The position numbers and the translations under genes are program-made. A stretch of 63,961 nucleotides of DNA, counting the filler, from a bacterium (GTDB lineage Bacteria > JAMORN01): assembly GCA_027063545.1 (NCBI GenBank). It is 13 parts of 13 records of this genome, joined end to end, with 100 filler letters (N's around TTAATTAATTAA, not from the genome) between each part and the next. Parts side by side here need not be neighbours in the genome. Positions count along the whole stretch, not along the records: positions 41,555 to 46,517 come from JAMORN010000200.1; positions 46,618 to 51,513 come from JAMORN010000202.1; positions 51,614 to 56,448 come from JAMORN010000203.1; 10 more parts are not named here. One strand, written 5' to 3'. The stretch's first letter is position 1. Each line of letters starts with the position of its first letter. Positions 41,555-51,887 of the stretch are shown here, piece after piece. The notes beneath the pieces are model-generated. The model ran no database searches and had not been told where the DNA came from. It was given only the letters and a program-made list of their open reading frames with translations.

Positions 41555-42592
41555 GGATGTAGCCATTGTATGAGAATTGAAAAACTACTAGATTTTTATA
41601 AAAGAAAAAATAAGAATATTAAACTTATAATAAAAAGATACTCTATACTAATTGATTCTAATCAAATTTTAAATAAATATTTATGTCAAAAATATAATGT
41701 TCCATTTAAAAAACATCTAACAGCTCCAATTATATTTACATCAGCAGGATATTTACTAGAAGATGCTACCTATAATTCGCTAGATAGCCTTATAAAAATT
41801 AGTAAATATGAAAAGTTTTATATTATTTCTAATAAGAAAAAAATAAAACAAGAGATAATTCTTGATTTTAAGAAGTTTTCATTTTTAACAATAGTTATAG
41901 CAGGGTTAATTGATGGTGTAAATCCTTGTGCTTTTGCAACAATTATATTTTTAATAGGTTATTTAATTGGTCTTAATAAAACTAGAAGAGAAATCCTTTA
42001 TGCAGGTATAAGTTTTACTTTAGGTGTATTTTTAACCTATTTTATAATAGGTATAGGTTTTATAAGTATAGTTAGTATTATATACAAATTTGAAATTGTA
42101 AGGGTTCTTCTAAATCTATTTGTAATAGGAATTCTTATATATTTTGCCACATTAAATTTATATGATTTTATTATGATAAAGAAAAAAAGATTTGATAAAG
42201 TTAAGTTAGAGTTATCATTTGAAAGTAGTAAAAAGATCCATGAAAATATATCAAAACTTAAGAATGCTAAAATAATATATCTAAATTCATTTTTAATTGG
42301 GATTATAATAAGTCTCCTTGAACTTGCTTGTACAGGCCAAGTTTATTTACCAACAATAATATTTACAAAAGAAGTTTATCCAGTGAGAAGTTATTTTTAT
42401 CTTTTTATTTATAATATTATGTTTATAATTCCTCTTGTTTTAGTATTCAGTTTAACCTATTGGGGAAGTAGTTTAAAAACATTTCAAAAGTTCTTACTAA
42501 ATAATTCCCATAGGATAAAACTAACACTTGCTATAGTACTTTATATAATAGGCTTTATCTTGATTTATTCAGTTTTTCAATCTATTTTTTAA
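41555..42592 (+). CDS. Thioredoxin-like domain + CcdA/DsbD-like transmembrane electron carrier, 5' partial
   Basis: GCSHC at the contig edge, upstream of the ORF-track start; AGLIDGVNPCAF and ELACTGQVYL TM cysteines. Confidence 0.85.
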   Translation, partial: GCSHCMRIEKLLDFYKRKNKNIKLIIKRYSILIDSNQILNKYLCQKYNVPFKKHLTAPIIFTSAGYLLEDATYNSLDSLIKISKYEKFYIISNKKKIKQEIILDFKKFSFLTIVIAGLIDGVNPCAFATIIFLIGYLIGLNKTRREILYAGISFTLGVFLTYFIIGIGFISIVSIIYKFEIVRVLLNLFVIGILIYFATLNLYDFIMIKKKRFDKVKLELSFESSKKIHENISKLKNAKIIYLNSFLIGIIISLLELACTGQVYLPTIIFTKEVYPVRSYFYLFIYNIMFIIPLVLVFSLTYWGSSLKTFQKFLLNNSHRIKLTLAIVLYIIGFILIYSVFQSIF

Positions 42593-42596
42593 TTCT

Positions 42597-43595
42597 ATGA
42601 AGTATAGTGAAATTTATTTAGAGGATAATTATTTAAAAGAGAATTTTTCAGAATATTTAAAAAAGGAAAATTTAGATAGTATCTTAAAACTAAAAAAAGA
42701 GAATGCAAAAATACTTGATTATCCATCTATTGAAAGATTCTCAAAGCCAATAGAAGAAATTCCAAACATAAAGACTTCTCTTTTTGATTATAGTTCTTCT
42801 AAATCAATAATAATAGGTGATAGAAAAGAGATAAGTTTTGAGGATTATAAAAAAATTATAAATGGTTTAAAAGCACTTATCCCTTGGAGAATTGGGCCTT
42901 TTGAATACTTTGGAGTCTTTATAGATAGTGAGTGGAATAGTTTTATAAAGTATAGTATAATAAAAGATTATCTTGATGTAAAAGATAAAATTGTTGGGGA
43001 TATAGGAACAAATAATGGCTATTTTATGTTTAAATTATTAAATCATAACCCTAGTTTTATAATAGGTTTTGATGTCTTAGATAGGTATTTCTTTTATTAT
43101 TACTTAAATAAAAAATTCATAAAACTTAACAATATTAAATTTGAACTTATTTCTGTAGATAACATTGATCTATTTGAAAATTTTTTTGATTATCTTTTAT
43201 TTATGGGAGTATTATATCATAGAAGAAATCCAGTAGATACAGTTGTAAAAATAAATAAAGCATTAAAAAAGGGAGGAAGAGTTTTAGTTGAGTCTATGGT
43301 TATAGATGAATATGAGGAGAGTGTTTTTTTATTTCCAGAATCTAGGTTTATGAAAGCAATAAATGTTTGGTTTATCCCATCTAAAAAGGCTTTAATTAAT
43401 ATTTTTGAAAGAAATGGATTTAAGTTAGAGGAGATTATAGGAGTGTTCCCCCACTCAGTAAATGAACAAAGAAATACTCCCTGGGTAAATACCCAATCTT
43501 TAAGGGACTTTATTAATCCAAAGGATCCTACAAAAACTATAGAGGGTTATCCTTTACCTAAAAGAATGTATGCTTTATTTAGAAAGAAAAAATAG
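42597..43595 (+). CDS. cmoB: tRNA U34 carboxymethyltransferase CmoB-like
   Basis: PWRIGPF...IDSEWNS, DIGTNNGY, MGVLYHRR, NVWFIPS, EQRNTPW, KTIEGYPLPKR. Confidence 0.92.
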   Translation: MKYSEIYLEDNYLKENFSEYLKKENLDSILKLKKENAKILDYPSIERFSKPIEEIPNIKTSLFDYSSSKSIIIGDRKEISFEDYKKIINGLKALIPWRIGPFEYFGVFIDSEWNSFIKYSIIKDYLDVKDKIVGDIGTNNGYFMFKLLNHNPSFIIGFDVLDRYFFYYYLNKKFIKLNNIKFELISVDNIDLFENFFDYLLFMGVLYHRRNPVDTVVKINKALKKGGRVLVESMVIDEYEESVFLFPESRFMKAINVWFIPSKKALINIFERNGFKLEEIIGVFPHSVNEQRNTPWVNTQSLRDFINPKDPTKTIEGYPLPKRMYALFRKKK

Positions 43596-43657
43596 TAATT
43601 TGTTTATTTTTAAAAATTTATATTTATTTTAATTAACACAAAAAAAAGGAGAAGGCT

Positions 43658-45493
43658 ATGAAAAAAAGTTTAATTTTTTTAGGAGTTTTTTTACTAGTTT
43701 TTAATTTAAAACTTTATGCTCAAGATTCTTTGGATATAAGTAAAAGAGTTGATTCTACACAAACAGAAAATCAGACTATAAATACTCAATCAGTTAATAA
43801 AGTAGAATCATCAAATTCTTTAGATTCCACTTTACAACCTCAAATTAAAAGTGAAACTCAAGGTACTCAAATTTCATCTTCAAAAACAAAAGAGGAACCT
43901 AATCTTCAAGATACAACCAAAACAGAAACTAAAGAAACAGAAGAAAGTGCGACATCAACAGTTCAAGCACCACAGAAAGAGGAAGGGAAAAAAGAAGAGA
44001 AAAAATCTTCCTCAGAAGGGTCTAATATTACAGCATCTGCTACTTTGGTAACAATTGACGGTAAAACATGGATGAGACTAACTCTAATTCCAGAGATTCC
44101 TATTTGGAAGTTTGCTGTGGCATTTGATTTAGATTTATATATAGATGACTCTGGAAATATAAATACTAAAGGTTGGGATTTTTCTTCAACAGATAATGTT
44201 TTTAAAACTCTTTTAACAAAGATATATTATGTTCGTTTTGGTCATCCAGGAGAGCCTCTTTATTTTAGAGTAGGTGCTATAGATAATTATACATTAGGAT
44301 ATGGGATAGCAATGGCAGGATATAATAATGTACAACTTTATCCTTCTGTGAAAAAAATAGGTATTGTTACAGAGATTAATAATATAACTGATTATAAATT
44401 CTCTATGCAGATATTTTTAAATGATTTTTATGCACTAAAGAACAAATATCCAATATGGGCTTTTAGAGGAGGTTTTGCACCTTTAGGATTTTTAAAGTTA
44501 CCAATAGTTAGTAGTATAAAGCTCTCTGGTTTTATAGTAAAAGATGAGAATGTATATAAAGGACTTTTAGATTCTGATGGTGATGGTGTTCCAGATTATT
44601 TTGATGATATGCCTTATGATCCAAATTGGGCAATAACACCTGTAAAGTTTGATGATTTCTTTTATACTTTAAATAATGTTTTAAAAGAAGAGGGAAAAGA
44701 CACACTAACAGAAGAAGAGATAGAAAAAGCAAATATTATAACTAATACAGAAAAAATAAAAAGTTTTAATAGTCTAGAAGATGAGTTTGCAATAGTTGGA
44801 GGAGATGTAGCACTAAACTTAATAAATAATAAATTAGTAAGGCTTGATTTATACGGACAATATGCAAAAAATTATGATAATGATAATCTACCAAACACAC
44901 AAGTAGAAGGATGGGGGATTGGAGCACCAGGAATTTTGGCTAAATTTTTAATTTTTCAAGCACAGGTTGAGTATAGACATCTAGAAAATAGATTTATAAC
45001 AAACTATTTTGATGGACTTTATGAAATAAATAGAGCACAAGTAATGTATGATCCAATAAAGGATACTTCTATTATTATATTAAAACAATATACACTTGAT
45101 TCTGCTATTTATAATGGTATTTATGGAAGTTTAGGAGCCTCTATTTTGAATATGATTTATTTATATGGAAATTATGAATATATGATAGATGATAAGGATA
45201 ATACTAATCAAAGAGTTTATTTAAAAGGTTATGTAGATAAAAAACTATTATCAATGATCCCGAAATTATCAGTTCTTGAGGTATTTTATGCTAAATCAAA
45301 TATTGATATAACAGAAGAAAAGTTTTGGGAGCCAACAATTTATACCCAGTATGGCTATAATATAGGAATTTCTTTAGTTCCAAATACAACATTTATTTAT
45401 AAAGTACTTTATTATTATGTGCAAACAGGACTTACAAAAACTGATGTTGAAAAGAAAAAACAACTTAGTATAGGTATTCAGACAACATTTTAA
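43658..45493 (+). CDS. Exported protein: S/T/Q/E-rich linker + probable outer-membrane beta-barrel with a TSP3-like Ca-binding loop
   Basis: Signal peptide LYA-Q; low-complexity residues ~30-125; KIYYVRFG...LGYG; DSDGDGVPDYFDDMPYDP; C-terminal IGIQTTF. Confidence 0.7.
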   Translation: MKKSLIFLGVFLLVFNLKLYAQDSLDISKRVDSTQTENQTINTQSVNKVESSNSLDSTLQPQIKSETQGTQISSSKTKEEPNLQDTTKTETKETEESATSTVQAPQKEEGKKEEKKSSSEGSNITASATLVTIDGKTWMRLTLIPEIPIWKFAVAFDLDLYIDDSGNINTKGWDFSSTDNVFKTLLTKIYYVRFGHPGEPLYFRVGAIDNYTLGYGIAMAGYNNVQLYPSVKKIGIVTEINNITDYKFSMQIFLNDFYALKNKYPIWAFRGGFAPLGFLKLPIVSSIKLSGFIVKDENVYKGLLDSDGDGVPDYFDDMPYDPNWAITPVKFDDFFYTLNNVLKEEGKDTLTEEEIEKANIITNTEKIKSFNSLEDEFAIVGGDVALNLINNKLVRLDLYGQYAKNYDNDNLPNTQVEGWGIGAPGILAKFLIFQAQVEYRHLENRFITNYFDGLYEINRAQVMYDPIKDTSIIILKQYTLDSAIYNGIYGSLGASILNMIYLYGNYEYMIDDKDNTNQRVYLKGYVDKKLLSMIPKLSVLEVFYAKSNIDITEEKFWEPTIYTQYGYNIGISLVPNTTFIYKVLYYYVQTGLTKTDVEKKKQLSIGIQTTF

Positions 45494-45503
45494 TTATTAA
45501 AAA

Positions 45504-45956
45504 ATGCTATTTTTTAAGAACTATAAAAATTTTTTTATAGGAATTTTAACAGTTGTTTTTTTTCTTATTGGATGTAGTAAAAAGGATGATAAATTTTTGA
45601 ATGATAAACGTTTTTTTGAATTTTTTATAACATGGGATAGTTTAAGAATAATCTATAATAAAGAGTATGCTAATAGTAAAATTGATACAATTTTAAGAAA
45701 AACTGGAATTTCTAAACATGAGTTTAATAGTCTTAAAAAAAGAATAAAAGAAGAACCTATTTTTTTTGCAAGTTTTTATAATAATCTCTCAGAATATTAT
45801 TTAAAAACAAGGAGAAAAAGATATGATAACAATTCCAGCTATAGATATAAGCCAAAAAAAAGTAGTAAGATTAACCCAAGGAAAGATGGAAAACAAAAAG
45901 GAATACTCTATAGATCCAGTAGAACAGGCACTTATCTTCAAAGAGAAAGGCGTTAG
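45504..45956 (+). CDS. Hypothetical lipoprotein
   Basis: Lipobox FLIG-C; the 3' part overlaps hisA by 134 nt, so the true C-terminus is uncertain. Confidence 0.6.
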   Translation: MLFFKNYKNFFIGILTVVFFLIGCSKKDDKFLNDKRFFEFFITWDSLRIIYNKEYANSKIDTILRKTGISKHEFNSLKKRIKEEPIFFASFYNNLSEYYLKTRRKRYDNNSSYRYKPKKSSKINPRKDGKQKGILYRSSRTGTYLQRERR

Positions 45957-46517
45957 AATGATTCATGTAGTAGATTTAGATGGAGCGTTTGAGGGAAGCC
46001 TAAAAAATATGGATGTTATTGAAAAGATTGTAGAGGAAACTATGCTACCTATAGAGGTTGGGGGAGGTATAAGAAGTGAGGAGTTGGTTGAAAAACTTCT
46101 TGATATAGGAGTAAAAAGAGTGATAATAGGAACCATGGCAATAGAGGAACCAAAAACTACAAAACAGATTTTAAAAAAGTTTGGTGGAGATAGAGTTGTT
46201 ATAGCAGTTGATGCAGAGGATGGATTTGTTGTTACTCACGGCTGGCAGAAGAAAACAAAGATACTAATTGAGGATGTAATAGAAAACTATAGAAGTTGTG
46301 GTTTAAAAACAGTGCTTTATACAGATATTAAACAGGATGGAATGCTAAAAGGTGTTAATTTTGAAGCAGTAGAAAGACTTTTAGATAAAATTTCAGGAAA
46401 GGGAGTAAAGATTATTGTTTCAGGAGGGGTAAGTAGTATTGATGATATTTCTAGGATAAAAGCCTTAGAATATAAAGGGATTGAAGGATATATAATAGGA
46501 AAGGCTTATTATGAAGG
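45823..46517 (+). CDS. hisA: ProFAR isomerase HisA, 3' partial
   Basis: IPAIDI...VVRLTQG, HVVDLDGA, EVGGGIR, YTDIKQDGML, SGGVSS, IIGKAYY. Confidence 0.96.
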
Positions 46518-46617
46518 NNNNNNNNNNNNNNNNNNNNNNNNNNNNNNNNNNNNNNNNNNNNTTAATTAATTAANNNNNNNNNNNNNNNNNNNNNNNNNNN
46601 NNNNNNNNNNNNNNNNN

Positions 46618-47469
46618 TTCATCTATATCAGGTAATGTTGCATACATTTCTCTAACTCTTAAAAGTACTGTTAATAAATAATCATAAGCACTCATTGGAG
46701 AATCTATATATATATTCGGATTTTTCACTATTACCATATATTTAATTCTAGCCTTCTGTTTTTTTAATTCATCTAAATCTTGCTGTTTTGATTTTTTCTC
46801 ATATGCACTTTTTGCTTTTGCTATTTCATCTTCTAATTTAGCAATCTTTTCCTCAATTCTTTTATATTTTACATATTTATTTAAGTTTATTAAAGTATCG
46901 CCCACATTCACATTAGATTTTAATATTGGATAAAAATCCGGCTTTACAAGCATCTCACCAGCAGAGTTATGCAATGTCTTTATTATCTTTCCTGGATCAT
47001 TTATATTCTCTTTTTCTACAGCATATAAAATAATCTCTGTTCTTTCAAACATTGTCATCCTTCTACCAGCTTGCTTAACATAAACACTTCTGTTTTCTCT
47101 CATTTCTTTTCTTATATTAGAATCAACATCTATAGTATATACTTTTGGAGGTTTAACCGTTTCATCCTTGAATTTCCATTTTTCCTTTGTGAAAATAGTA
47201 GGTAGAAAACCTCCTTTAGCACCAACTGTTATTCCTAGATCACTAATTATTATTGTTAAATTTAATTTTTCTTCTTTCTTTTTAGGCTTTTTTACCTGTT
47301 TTGTCATTGTTTGACTACCACGCTCCTCTGGGAGCGCAATATCTATTATAGTAATTTTAGAAAACGCTGTTATTGAAAGCAAAAACGGGATAAGCACAGT
47401 CATCAAGTTCATCATAGGAACTAGATTCATTTCTTCTTCTTTAGGCTTCTTTCTTTCTCTAAAAGCCAT
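46618..47469 (-). CDS. ExbD/TolR-family (AglQ/S-like) protein with large periplasmic insertion, 3' partial
   Basis: EMNLVPMMNLMTVLIPFLL TM segment, LNLTIIISDLGITV; directly downstream of the ExbB-like gene. Confidence 0.82.
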
Positions 47470-47551
47470 AAGCCAACTCCATTTTATTTAAAATTAATAT
47501 TTATTAAAATATCTATATAATTAACTATTTTTATCTGTTTATTAAAATAAA

Positions 47552-48196
47552 TTAACTAACCTTCTTTTCTATTAAAACTATATTCATCAACTTAGCAGAA
47601 ACTTCATCCATTTCTTCTAATATCTTCTCTGATTGAGCAGAGAATAAACCATGTAAAAATAATACAGGAACAGCTATTAAAAGACCAAACGCTGTTGTTG
47701 CCATAGCTACAGAAATACCTGTAGCTAACGCTTTAGATCTTTGTGCCGCTGGAACATTAGCTACAGCATCGAACGCTAAAATAAGACCTATAATTGTTCC
47801 CAAAAGTCCTAAAAGTGTAGCAACGTTAGCCATTGCTGATAATAATGGTAAATTTCTTTGTATTCTTGGTGTTTCTTCTAAAAATACTTCTTCTACTAAT
47901 TTTTGAATTTCTTCTTCGGATCTATCTCTATTTTCTAATATAGTTATAATTACTCTTGCTAATGGAGTTTTATATTTTTTTGCTAATGCTAATGCTCCAT
48001 CAAAATCACCTTCTTTCAATTTCTTTACAACCCCGTTAATTAACTTTTTACTACTAAAACCAGCTTTAATATAAAGAACCCAAACTCTTTCAATTATTAA
48101 ACCTACAGCTACAACTAATGGTATAAAAATTAACCACATGAAAATTCCACCTGCTCCCTTAAATGATGCTGCCATTGTTTTTAAAAATACTCCCAT
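47552..48196 (-). CDS. MotA/TolQ/ExbB proton-channel protein (AglR-like)
   Basis: IIER, ANVATLLGLLGTIIGLI, GISVAMATTAFGLLIAVP. Confidence 0.93.
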   Translation of the reverse strand: MGVFLKTMAASFKGAGGIFMWLIFIPLVVAVGLIIERVWVLYIKAGFSSKKLINGVVKKLKEGDFDGALALAKKYKTPLARVIITILENRDRSEEEIQKLVEEVFLEETPRIQRNLPLLSAMANVATLLGLLGTIIGLILAFDAVANVPAAQRSKALATGISVAMATTAFGLLIAVPVLFLHGLFSAQSEKILEEMDEVSAKLMNIVLIEKKVS

Positions 48197-48258
48197 CTTT
48201 AACCTCCTCTAAATTAAATTTTTTATTTAGTTTGTTTTTTGTTTATAGTTATACCCTA

Positions 48259-51200
48259 TTATTCTGTTTTTGTTGTATCTGCTGGTTGTGGCTGAGTTTG
48301 GGTAGTATCAACTGGTGCTCCTTGATCTTGTTGCTCTCCACCTTCTTCTGCAGTTCCATTCCCGCCTTCAGTATTTGTATTAGATGTTGTATCTAATGTA
48401 CCTCCTCCTAACTTATATATCTCTTTAACTAATGCATCTATTCTCTTGTCTATTAATTTTATCTTCAATTTTAATTTCTCTATCTTTTCTTTTTCTTCAT
48501 CAATTCTACGTTTAGCTGTTAATTTCATACTTGTTAATTGTGCTAACTTTTCCTCATAAGGAATATCTAATTTATCGATATTATCTATTTTCTTTATTGC
48601 TAACTCATATTCAGGATCATGTTTCTTTTGTACCTTAAATTCAAAGTCAGGTGTTTTTACTCTAGCTAATAACACCTTATCATCTGGATTAATCTCTCTT
48701 ATCTTATCTTTAGCTTTTTGTACATATTCATTATCTATATATAACTCATATGATCTTAGAACTACTTGTTCTAATAATGGTAAAGCCTTTTCTTCTGCTT
48801 CATAAATTTTCTCTTCTAATGCTGCTTTATAGTATTCTTTTTCTTCTTCAGATAATCCTGGTGGAATTGGAGATTCAGCAAGTAATTTACCGGCATCTAA
48901 GATAGTCTTTGCTGCCATCCATAACATTTTTGAAAAGTTTAGTTTTGCTTCTTCTATAGCATCATTTGTTATTCTATTCTTAATTCCATACTCAACATTA
49001 ACCTTAAATCTATCTGCTGCTTTTAAATACATACTATATACAACTTTTAATTTATAATAAACTCTAGCTCCTATTTCCATAGTTTTTCTTTCTGTCTTAC
49101 TTCTTGCTGTTGGTACAATTTTTTGAGTATCTATAGCAGCAGCATATTCTGCCATTAAATATCCAATTGCATTATTAGCTTTCAATGTCCACTCTTCTAC
49201 CTTAAATTTAACTGTCTTTACATAGAATTCTGTAGCTTGCTTTAAGTATTTCAACTTTTTCTCATCTTGTTTTTTATTTATTACCTTAAATTCATATTCT
49301 CCACCTTTCTTTATAATCTTTGTACCAGATAATGGGATAGAATTCATTCTATTTCTTACTACCTCTCCTTTTAAATAAACTGCCTTTGCAGCATAGTAAG
49401 CATCAATACCATACTTCTTAGCATATTTTTTATATACTTCTAATGCTTTATCAAGCCATGTATTAACTTGATCATAGTTTATCTTCTTAGTTTTTAAATA
49501 ACAATCTACGGCATCCATATAAGCTAGTAATACCTTAGGAGGATCTTTTTGATAATATTTATCTGCAAATTTAGCAAAATAATCTCCTGCTAATTTCCAC
49601 TTCTTTTGTTTTTTATAGGTAACAGCTACAGAATATACTGCATCTGTTAAGTATTCACTATTAGGATATTTAGATTCAATTAATCTATATACTCTTATAG
49701 CATCATCCCACTTTTCAGCCTTTTCATACATTAATCCAGCACTATAAAGTCCCTCAGGAGCTCTCTTATGTTTTGGAAACATTTTATATACCAATTCATA
49801 TTGTTGTCCAGCTTTATAATACATCTTTAAACTATCATACATTAAAGCCGATGTATAAATGGCTGCAATAGCAGCTGTAGAATCTGGATATTTCTTTGCA
49901 ACTAATACATATGTTACGGCTGCAGAATCATATAGTTTAGCTACCTTATAATTTTCTGCTGCTCTAAATAAAGCAGGTATAGCATATTTAGACTTAGGAT
50001 ATACTTCTGCTAAATATATGAATGTTTTAGCCGCATCTTTATATCGCTTCATTTGTTCATATGTTACTGCAGCATTATATATACCTATATCAGCTACCTT
50101 AGAGTTTGGTGCTTCTTTATGTATTCTCATAAAGTATTCTATTGCCTTTAAAGAATCCCCTTCCTTCTTAAATTGTTCAGCCTGTTTGAAGATAGCAGAT
50201 CCTAAGAGGGCCAACATATTTTCCTTTTCTTTATTTGAAATGTTAGGAAATTCTTCTAAATATTTTTTGAATATATTTTCAGCTTCCTGATATTTTTTAG
50301 CATATAGGTATGCTTGTCCTAAATATCTAAGAGCATCTTTATAAAACTTTGATTTTTTACCTTTTCTCACTATTTGTTGATAAATAACAATTGCACTATC
50401 ATATCTTTCAGATTTATAGTAAACAGCAGCTAAATTAATAGCTATCGCATCCGCATTTTCTCTATCTGGGAATAACTTAAGATATCTTTTACATGCTGCT
50501 ATATAGTCTTGAACCGCTGGTGTATTGAATTGTTTTTTAAAGTCTTTTACTTCTTCATCCATTATACCTTGATATGCCAATACAGCATTATAAGCTGCTG
50601 TTTCTTTATCAAATTTCAGCTTTTTCAATCTATCCTCTGGAAACTTAGAGGTATCCATAGCTACAATATCATCAAATGTCTTAGCCGCTTCTCTATATCT
50701 TCCTACAGCTAAATAACATGCTGCTAAATAAAATCTGTATTCATATATCTTAAATGGATCTTTATCACTAAACCACTTTATATATAATTCGTAGTATTTA
50801 ATGGCCTTTTTATAGTATTCTTTATTATGTTCTTTATCTGCCTTTGTATGATAATATAAAGGAATTAAAGAAAGAGCTTGTTCTACATACTCCATTGCTC
50901 TTATAATTCTTTTAGGATATTGGGTATTCATCTTTGCCCATTCACTATCTTTATTATATTTTTCTACCAATTCAATTCTAGCTTTATTTGCCTTATCATA
51001 TTTTTGTTGTAAAGTATAAATTTCTACAATATAATTCTGTGCTTTTGGTGCATCTTTGTAATATGGGTATTTCTTTAAAAGATATTTAAAAGCAAATAAG
51101 GCATTATCTAGTTTATCATATTCTCTTGCTTTTTCTCCTATCCTAAAGAATAAATAAGCTTCTTGTGATTTTAATCCTGGATAATAAGCATCTATATCCT

Positions 51201-51513
51201 GTTCACATCTTTTTGCCCCTTTAGGCAACTCTGCGTATATACTAGCTAATTCTTCTATAGACTCTGACTTAAAGTTCGCCTTTTTAAAATACCCTTGATC
51301 CACTAAACTAATATATTGAAAAAATTGTTGTATAGCCTCATCTGTCTTACCTAATCTGTTATAACACTTTGCAATCATATATTGAGCAACTCCCCAATTT
51401 TCAACTCCAGCTCCTTCCATTGATACCTTTTTAAAATAAGCTAATGCTGAGTCTATTTGATTTTCTTCATAGAAATATCTACCAACTCTTAAATAAGCTC
51501 TCTCTGCATATTT
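48259..51513 (-). CDS. Large TPR protein (GltD/AgmU-like C-terminus), 5' partial
   Basis: Many YP.S...A TPR units; C-terminal PIPPGLSEEEKEYYKAALEEK...EEKA...NEY...INP; frame open to the contig edge. Confidence 0.85.
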   Translation of the reverse strand, partial: KYAERAYLRVGRYFYEENQIDSALAYFKKVSMEGAGVENWGVAQYMIAKCYNRLGKTDEAIQQFFQYISLVDQGYFKKANFKSESIEELASIYAELPKGAKRCEQDIDAYYPGLKSQEAYLFFRIGEKAREYDKLDNALFAFKYLLKKYPYYKDAPKAQNYIVEIYTLQQKYDKANKARIELVEKYNKDSEWAKMNTQYPKRIIRAMEYVEQALSLIPLYYHTKADKEHNKEYYKKAIKYYELYIKWFSDKDPFKIYEYRFYLAACYLAVGRYREAAKTFDDIVAMDTSKFPEDRLKKLKFDKETAAYNAVLAYQGIMDEEVKDFKKQFNTPAVQDYIAACKRYLKLFPDRENADAIAINLAAVYYKSERYDSAIVIYQQIVRKGKKSKFYKDALRYLGQAYLYAKKYQEAENIFKKYLEEFPNISNKEKENMLALLGSAIFKQAEQFKKEGDSLKAIEYFMRIHKEAPNSKVADIGIYNAAVTYEQMKRYKDAAKTFIYLAEVYPKSKYAIPALFRAAENYKVAKLYDSAAVTYVLVAKKYPDSTAAIAAIYTSALMYDSLKMYYKAGQQYELVYKMFPKHKRAPEGLYSAGLMYEKAEKWDDAIRVYRLIESKYPNSEYLTDAVYSVAVTYKKQKKWKLAGDYFAKFADKYYQKDPPKVLLAYMDAVDCYLKTKKINYDQVNTWLDKALEVYKKYAKKYGIDAYYAAKAVYLKGEVVRNRMNSIPLSGTKIIKKGGEYEFKVINKKQDEKKLKYLKQATEFYVKTVKFKVEEWTLKANNAIGYLMAEYAAAIDTQKIVPTARSKTERKTMEIGARVYYKLKVVYSMYLKAADRFKVNVEYGIKNRITNDAIEEAKLNFSKMLWMAAKTILDAGKLLAESPIPPGLSEEEKEYYKAALEEKIYEAEEKALPLLEQVVLRSYELYIDNEYVQKAKDKIREINPDDKVLLARVKTPDFEFKVQKKHDPEYELAIKKIDNIDKLDIPYEEKLAQLTSMKLTAKRRIDEEKEKIEKLKLKIKLIDKRIDALVKEIYKLGGGTLDTTSNTNTEGGNGTAEEGGEQQDQGAPVDTTQTQPQPADTTKTE

Positions 51514-51705
51514 NNNNNNNNNNNNNNNNNNNNNNNNNNNNNNNNNNNNNNNNNNNNTTAATTAATTAANNNNNNNNNNNNNNNNNNNNNNNNNNNNNNN
51601 NNNNNNNNNNNNNATTTGCTATAAAATCAGAAAAATATCTATAAAGAGAAAAAAGAAGACTATTCATAGAAAAATATTTTTTTAAACCAATTAAGACCTT
51701 ATTAT

Positions 51706-51749
51706 ATAGAATAGAATAGAATAGAATAGAATAGAATAGAATAGAATAG
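51706..51749. repeat. Pentanucleotide simple sequence repeat (ATAGA)8-ATAG
   Basis: Perfect tandem array of 44 bp. Confidence 0.98.
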
Positions 51750-51887
51750 TTTACCTGCCTCTAACTTCACTTCTTATTCCCCTCTTATTTTTTTAATATT
51801 TCTTTAATTTATTTTTTTTTGAATAAAAAGTAAATACTTTTTTATACTAAAAACAAAAAATTTTCACATATAAACCCCTTAATTAAA

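Noticed and set aside
45823-45956. 134-nt overlap of the lipoprotein ORF with hisA as a dual-coding region
   Set aside because: The tail looks like off-frame hisA sequence; most simply a run-on past a lost stop codon
51706-51749. CRISPR array or diversity-generating repeat
   Set aside because: A pure 5-mer microsatellite without spacers; no cas, reverse transcriptase, integrase or transposase recognised in the window
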